A DNA stretch of 64,000 nt, from the IMG/VR virus record IMGVR_UViG_3300040801_001572, positions 32,001 to 96,000 of that record; one strand, given 5' to 3'. The translations under genes and the position numbers were made by a program. Each line of letters opens with the position of its first letter. Position 1 is the stretch's first letter. The notes beneath the pieces are model-generated. The model was not told the DNA's origin and did no database searches. It saw only the letters and a program-made list of their open reading frames with translations. Origin of the DNA: a virus. Of this stretch, positions 59,017-64,000 are shown piece after piece.

Positions 59017-59093
59017 GCTCCTAAAGCATTTATTTGGATGATGCCTGGTTTTGTAATCCGGAGAATGGGGTTCGATTCCTCATGGGAGCACCA
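59017..59093 (+). tRNA. tRNA-Thr(TGT)
   Basis: GCTCCTA/TGGGAGC; loop TTTGTAA; CCA. Confidence 0.85.
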
Positions 59094-59111
59094 AATTTAA
59101 TAAATAGCTGT

Positions 59112-59573
59112 ATGAAGCTATACGAAGTCATACAAGAAGAACCATTCGACAGTTCCGAAGTCGGAATGGGCCTTACTCAATACTATAATAGCAATTTTGT
59201 TATGTGGGGCGGAATGCGTTCCGGCAATAGTCCTGCTGGTCAAACACGATTGAAATTTATGGTATTTGATCGAAAGCAACTCGAAGCAGGCGTCGATCAA
59301 GAAGAAGCAGAGATAGGGTTTGTAGAGTTGTTTGTGAAAGACGGGACACAAGAAATAGTTGGTCTAGTTAATATCGAACTCAACAAAGATTTGAGAAAAA
59401 CAGGTTACGGAAGAAAGCTAGTCCGTGATATAGTCGATACCACACAGTCAGGTCTGACTGTTAATGATATCCAGAAACGAGCTAAGGGTTTTTGGAAAAA
59501 GCAAGGCGTAGAATTTACCGATAAAGCAGAAAGATTTGGTAAGATAGATAAAGACCAAAACTCCGATATGTGA
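59112..59573 (+). CDS. GNAT-family acetyltransferase
   Basis: RKTGYGRKLV (motif A) and AKGFWKKQG (motif B); leaderless late start. Confidence 0.75.
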   Translation: MKLYEVIQEEPFDSSEVGMGLTQYYNSNFVMWGGMRSGNSPAGQTRLKFMVFDRKQLEAGVDQEEAEIGFVELFVKDGTQEIVGLVNIELNKDLRKTGYGRKLVRDIVDTTQSGLTVNDIQKRAKGFWKKQGVEFTDKAERFGKIDKDQNSDM

Positions 59574-59605
59574 TAAATACAACAAAACAACACACGGAGT
59601 TTAGC

Positions 59606-60520
59606 ATGTCTTCAGAAATGCGCAAACTAATGGAAGCTGTAATTGGCATGACTTCCGCAGGTGATACTACACCTGATGCTGTTCCAGTAAAAGAAGAACC
59701 AGAACATGCGGATGATGTAATCCGTCTAAGCATGTTGCAAGAAGAAATGCTGGATAATCTAAGAGAATTCAACGACATTGTAGTCAAGATTGCAGGCTAC
59801 GATAGTTCAGTCCATGAAAGATTCAAGCGCCATGTATTTGCTAATATTATGGCAGCAATTGATAATAGTACCTACGGTAGCCGTGGGCACGACATGAACG
59901 ACATTATTACAGACATTCAAGAGAGAATTGATACAGATAGTATTGATGCGCCGGATGTCGATATGGATCAGCTTGAGCGTGACGTAGAGCAGTCATTTCG
60001 CCAAGAAGAATCTTACTTACTAGATGATTACAGTGACCCCGACAGCTTGATGCAAATGCTAAAAGCAGAAGGACACGAAATGGTAGCAGCAGGCCGCGAT
60101 GCAAAGATAGTTGCTGCAATCTTAGGAAAGAAAGCAGGCCTAGACGCTACTAATACCGAAATACTTTATCACGAATTGTTAGATAAAGAGTATGATAGAT
60201 TCCGTGAATCGGTTACTGCAGAATTAGATGAAATTGAAAAGAAATTAGCAGTTTTCGAAAGCAAGATTTTACTAGCAGAAGATCATCAACAGCCTTTGCC
60301 AGGTGCAATTTCTGCTAAGTTGCAACAAGCGCAAAAGCGATATGATGCAGCTAGATCAGGTCTAAGCATTGCGCATAGACTTCCAGATGGCGAAGAAAAA
60401 GCAATGCACATGAAGCGTATTTTTGGAAATATGAATCGTCTTCGTGCTGAAGTTAAAAGAGTCGAAAAAGAACTTGCCCAAGCAGAACAAGATCTTTCAA
60501 GGATGGTAGGTAAGCTGTAA
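59606..60520 (+). CDS. Hypothetical late protein (MSSEMRKLME N-terminus)
   Basis: GGAG SD inside a hairpin with TAAATA in the loop. Confidence 0.7.
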   Translation: MSSEMRKLMEAVIGMTSAGDTTPDAVPVKEEPEHADDVIRLSMLQEEMLDNLREFNDIVVKIAGYDSSVHERFKRHVFANIMAAIDNSTYGSRGHDMNDIITDIQERIDTDSIDAPDVDMDQLERDVEQSFRQEESYLLDDYSDPDSLMQMLKAEGHEMVAAGRDAKIVAAILGKKAGLDATNTEILYHELLDKEYDRFRESVTAELDEIEKKLAVFESKILLAEDHQQPLPGAISAKLQQAQKRYDAARSGLSIAHRLPDGEEKAMHMKRIFGNMNRLRAEVKRVEKELAQAEQDLSRMVGKL

Positions 60521-61080
60521 TGCGCTTAATCGAACTTGACATGAGTCCACAGCGAATGAGGCTAACTCCTGAAGAAATGGAGTTTGTGCTCGATCTTGTG
60601 AAAGACGAAATTATGACTCAGTCAGAACTTTCTGCAAAGGTTAAAGATGCGACAGTTGACTATTCTCGAAATAAAAACAGTTTGAGAATGGCAGCACCCA
60701 GGATTTATACACTGGTACACGGTGAACTTCCTTTAGATATGGAAGACCGAGCAGGTTGGTTTGCCGAGATGCCGAACACAATGATTCGGTTCTTGCAATC
60801 AAAGGGATACGACGTTGCAGACAATATTCGTCGTGCTAAGATTGATGCTAGACACCGAACCAAGAAGCCAACAAGGCAGCAAGCTAAAGACATTATGATC
60901 AGTTATTTTAACGATCATGAGGAACACTTAGACAGAGATGCCGTTGTAAAAAACCGAGAGAAGATACAGAGACAGATTCAACAAGGAGATCACATCGAAC
61001 TTGTGTTTCGTCCTTTCTACCTCGATGAATCTGTTTTTGAATCAATAATAGATCAAAAAGGATTACAGCATTTGCTGTAG
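60520..61080 (+). CDS. Hypothetical protein
   Basis: TAATG coupling. Confidence 0.65.
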   Translation: MRLIELDMSPQRMRLTPEEMEFVLDLVKDEIMTQSELSAKVKDATVDYSRNKNSLRMAAPRIYTLVHGELPLDMEDRAGWFAEMPNTMIRFLQSKGYDVADNIRRAKIDARHRTKKPTRQQAKDIMISYFNDHEEHLDRDAVVKNREKIQRQIQQGDHIELVFRPFYLDESVFESIIDQKGLQHLL

Positions 61081-61092
61081 GAGATTAAAATA

Positions 61093-61545
61093 ATGGATAG
61101 CATTTGGAAATATATTGCCGCAATTTTCACCGGCATTCTTGCACTGCTTGGCATGGGTTGCAGCAACCTAGAGTCAGTCGATCCTGTAGAAACAGGCGAA
61201 GTAATTGGTTTTGTTTACACAATGACCAAGGACGAGCTTGACGAGGATCACCGTGAAGCAGTTGAAGAAGCTTATGCGGTTTTTGTTGAAGTAGTAAACA
61301 ACTTCGACGAGAATGGTAACATCGATCTTAAGCAGACTCTTTTCAATGTACTTGAAGAGAAGTTCCCAGGTGAAACTGGTGACAACGCCCAGACAAAGGC
61401 GATTGTTAAGATGATCGTTAACCGTTACTGGGATCGTGTAGACGAGAAGTATGGCATTACCAACCGTATTCCTAGCGAGCAGATTGCAATCGTTCGTCAG
61501 GTTTACATCGGTATTGAGCGCGGCCTAGGACGCGAAGTAGAGTAA
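61093..61545 (+). CDS. Putative lipoprotein
   Basis: Hydrophobic signal ending LLGMG-C; GGAG SD; downstream hairpin GCCGGA/TCCGGC plus T run. Confidence 0.7.
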   Translation: MDSIWKYIAAIFTGILALLGMGCSNLESVDPVETGEVIGFVYTMTKDELDEDHREAVEEAYAVFVEVVNNFDENGNIDLKQTLFNVLEEKFPGETGDNAQTKAIVKMIVNRYWDRVDEKYGITNRIPSEQIAIVRQVYIGIERGLGREVE

Positions 61546-61576
61546 AACGATAGCCGGATTTATTCCGGCTTTCTAT

Positions 61577-61650
61577 GCCCCCGCCGGCGGATCCGGTCTT
61601 TCGGCTACGAACCGAGATGATGGCGAGTTCGACTCTCCCCGGGGGTTCCA
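61577..61650 (+). tRNA. tRNA-Arg(ACG) with degenerate D arm
   Basis: TTCGG-CTACGAA-CCGAG; CCA. Confidence 0.75.
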
Positions 61651-61668
61651 AATTTTAGGAAAATAATT

Positions 61669-61989
61669 ATGTCAGCAAACGAAATGCGCAAGATCATGGA
61701 AGCAATACGACTTGCCGAAAGCGCACAATATGCATACAATGTTTATTTTGAAACTGACAGTGGATATGATGTGCAAGCCACTGTTGCTTATTATCCGGGA
61801 GACCCGGGTATGCGTACTATGCCAAATGGTGATCCGGGTTATCCACCGTCAGGTGCAGAAGTCGAAATTTATGACACCTTTATAGACGGTAAGCCATATC
61901 TGCCAACAGACGAAGAGCAAGAGCGTTGGGAAGAAGACGTATTGGAGAATCCTGAAAAATATTTTAGGTCTCCTGGGGATGAATACTAA
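61669..61989 (+). CDS. Hypothetical acidic protein (MSANEMRKIME N-terminus)
   Basis: AGGA SD. Confidence 0.7.
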   Translation: MSANEMRKIMEAIRLAESAQYAYNVYFETDSGYDVQATVAYYPGDPGMRTMPNGDPGYPPSGAEVEIYDTFIDGKPYLPTDEEQERWEEDVLENPEKYFRSPGDEY

Positions 61990-62729
61990 TGTCAGCAAAC
62001 GATATGCGTAAACTAATGGAAACTGTTGCACGGTTTTCAGAAGATGAGAGCGAAGCACAAAAGAAAGCCAAAAACGTAGCAACAGCAGTTGAGAATGTTT
62101 GGCAAACCATTGGTCATGATTTTTCCGGAGAATACTCCGCAGAAGAAGTTGTTGAACTATCGACAGACGGACATCGTTTAGCAACTTTCGGATTTGAGCG
62201 CGACAATGAATTATGGGCTGACCTAGTTAATTCTATGGGAGCATCGGACGCAATGAGTCTTGTTGCTGACTACATGAGCGACGATTACTATATGGGCGCA
62301 GAAGAGGAAGAGTATACAGATTATCACGATTTTGATGATGTATATGAGTCTGATACAAATATTCCGTTTGGCAAGTGGGTAGAATATGACGCCGACTCGC
62401 TAGAAGCAGTAGTTGATGAGCTACACCGAGACGCAGGATACTACACCCAGTTCGGAGAAGATTTTTATGTTTTCTACGAAATAACAGGTGTTAAAAGCAA
62501 GCGAGGCACATTTAGTCCGAGAGCGTCTGACCCCGAAGAATACCACGGTTATCGTACAGTTAACAGTGAGCCAAAGTATGTTATACTGTTTAATGACAAT
62601 GACCAAATGATGGCAATGGACTACGATAAAATGCCGGACCGTAGCTTGCAATATGACGCCGAGATGGCAGCAGACGAAGCAGCACAAGAGCAAGACGTTA
62701 GTGACAGTGATTTTGATCCTAGATACTAA
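61989..62729 (+). CDS. Hypothetical acidic protein (MSANDMRKLME N-terminus)
   Basis: TAATG coupling. Confidence 0.7.
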   Translation: MSANDMRKLMETVARFSEDESEAQKKAKNVATAVENVWQTIGHDFSGEYSAEEVVELSTDGHRLATFGFERDNELWADLVNSMGASDAMSLVADYMSDDYYMGAEEEEYTDYHDFDDVYESDTNIPFGKWVEYDADSLEAVVDELHRDAGYYTQFGEDFYVFYEITGVKSKRGTFSPRASDPEEYHGYRTVNSEPKYVILFNDNDQMMAMDYDKMPDRSLQYDAEMAADEAAQEQDVSDSDFDPRY

Positions 62730-62741
62730 TGGCAGCATAGT

Positions 62742-63008
62742 GTGAAAAGGCTTGCAAAAACTTTTATCGATTTTGTTTGGTGGCTGTTTCTTATGCCATC
62801 GAACTATGACCAAGAAAGAAGAAATTCACCCGAATACAAAGCAAGATTGCGCATAGTCCAATCAGCGTGGACTGTGGTCGGAATCTTTATGCTATTTGTC
62901 TTATTCTTTTATCCCGGCCTCCCGGGGTTAGCGATGTGCATGGTCTTAGGACTGTTAATGACGTTCGGAGCCTTTATGTTCCTGGACGAATACCACATCG
63001 ACGACTAG
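62742..63008 (+). CDS. Small membrane protein
   Basis: Two hydrophobic helices. Confidence 0.55.
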   Translation: MKRLAKTFIDFVWWLFLMPSNYDQERRNSPEYKARLRIVQSAWTVVGIFMLFVLFFYPGLPGLAMCMVLGLLMTFGAFMFLDEYHIDD

Positions 63009-63014
63009 TTTTAT

Positions 63015-63120
63015 GGGCGTATAGTTTGAATGGATAAAACGACAGGCTCCACACCTGTAGATCCGGAGCGGAAGCGCTGCAGAGCTGAAGCTAATGGTTC
63101 GAGTCCCGGTGCGCTCGCCA
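63015..63120 (+). tRNA. tRNA-Trp(CCA) with a ~30-nt structured insertion in the T-stem 5' strand
   Basis: GGGCGTA/TGCGCTC; ACAGG-CTCCACA-CCTGT; G73; CCA. Confidence 0.7.
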
Positions 63121-63126
63121 ATTTAT

Positions 63127-63186
63127 GCCGATGTCTATATAGTGGTCTAGAGGAGACCAAAATCACTAGATACAACGTCGGCGCCA
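63127..63186 (+). ncRNA. 60-nt CCA-ended minihelix RNA with an Asp-like acceptor stem
   Basis: GCCGATG/CGTCGGC-G-CCA; no D, anticodon or T arms. Confidence 0.55.
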
Positions 63187-63263
63187 AATCTTGACCTCTG
63201 ATTAGAAATGCACTATGCTGATAAATATTGTGTAACTATTACACAAATACAGAGGTTGACACA

Positions 63264-64000
63264 GTGCTTAAAAGAGTATGTGGACCAATACTTATAATAT
63301 TTTCTACTGTGTCTGTTGCACAAATGGACACAGAGTACTACAAAGGTTCTGCTTTAGATAGGCAAAATCGTATACTGCAATATCAGGTAGCGCTAGAGCA
63401 AGCAGAGCGAACTGGCGGCGCATATTCTTCAGATCTTGGCGAAATTTTGTTAGGACTCGGCAGGGTTTACCAAGAGTTCGGCGAGCACGAAGATGCAATT
63501 ACAATCTTCAAAAGATCAGCACACCTTACTAGAATCAATGAAGGCCTAAATAGCGAAGGACATCTAGCAGCATTAGAAGAGCTATTAGAAAGTTATCTGC
63601 AGACAGGTGACATTGCTCATGCGGATGACATTAGAAACAGAATGTTTCGAGTACAACGAAATCTGTATCCGATAGACAGCAACGAATATTTAGATGCAAT
63701 GACTGAATATGTGCAATGGCAACAAGTTGCATACCGTTACAAATTTGGACCACGTACATATGCTCGACTTTTGTCAATTGAAGAGTTAGACAAAGAAGCA
63801 TCGCAGTCGCACCCCGATCTAACAATTGAACGTTTTTATAATTGTTACTTGGTTAAAGCATACAAAGGCGAGCCTGTTCCAAAAATGCAAATAAGCGTAA
63901 ATGGACAAGGCGGCCAACAAGATAGAAATGCAGATGTCGATTGGCACAAATTTAGAGCATTTGGTAGACACGTATATCAAAACGGTGTGAAAATGCTCGA
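63264..64000 (+). CDS. Partial exported TPR-like protein, runs off the window
   Basis: GAGGT SD; GTG start; N-terminal hydrophobic segment; LGRVYQEFGEHEDAITIFKRS TPR-like repeat; absent from the ORF track. Confidence 0.6.
   Translation, partial: MLKRVCGPILIIFSTVSVAQMDTEYYKGSALDRQNRILQYQVALEQAERTGGAYSSDLGEILLGLGRVYQEFGEHEDAITIFKRSAHLTRINEGLNSEGHLAALEELLESYLQTGDIAHADDIRNRMFRVQRNLYPIDSNEYLDAMTEYVQWQQVAYRYKFGPRTYARLLSIEELDKEASQSHPDLTIERFYNCYLVKAYKGEPVPKMQISVNGQGGQQDRNADVDWHKFRAFGRHVYQNGVKML

Noticed and set aside
47455-59111. ORF-track frames overlapping tRNAs or RNase P RNA (e.g. 47455, 49369, 51931, 57216, 58673, 58722) and N-terminal extensions at 48499, 55262, 56411 and 59034
   Set aside because: They run through RNA genes; better starts follow TAAATA boxes.
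1-64000. Stop-codon recoding
   Set aside because: Long ORFs are intact in the standard code, TAG, TGA and TAA all end genes, and no CTA, TTA or TCA anticodons were found.

Overview
Segment of a large T4-like (jumbo) myovirus genome using the standard genetic code. 1-45.8 kb: baseplate/tail genes (mostly - strand), a gp55-like late sigma factor, gp47/gp46 (SbcDC), a tail chaperone pair plus tape-measure-like gene, the head module (portal, protease, scaffold, major capsid), neck/tail-completion genes and two fibre-like genes. 46.6-63.2 kb is an RNA-gene array of about 28 tRNAs (19 amino acids; no Lys in this window), interleaved with five homing endonucleases, candidate head-packaged effectors (ART-fold, GNAT) and an SbtA-family bicarbonate transporter. 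Two elements stand out. (1) A ~190-nt RNase P RNA that is minimal and appears circularly permuted (no P1, ends in P3), 3 nt upstream of tRNA-Thr. (2) At the head of the array, a sigma70 promoter, a 54-codon leader using all 20 amino acids, and mutually exclusive antiterminator/terminator helices, i.e. a candidate attenuator that senses general tRNA depletion. The window also has a hammerhead ribozyme, non-canonical tRNAs, CCA-ended tRNA mimics and two ~470-490 nt promoter-bounded ncRNA candidates. All calls were made by eye from motifs and base pairing; no database search was run.
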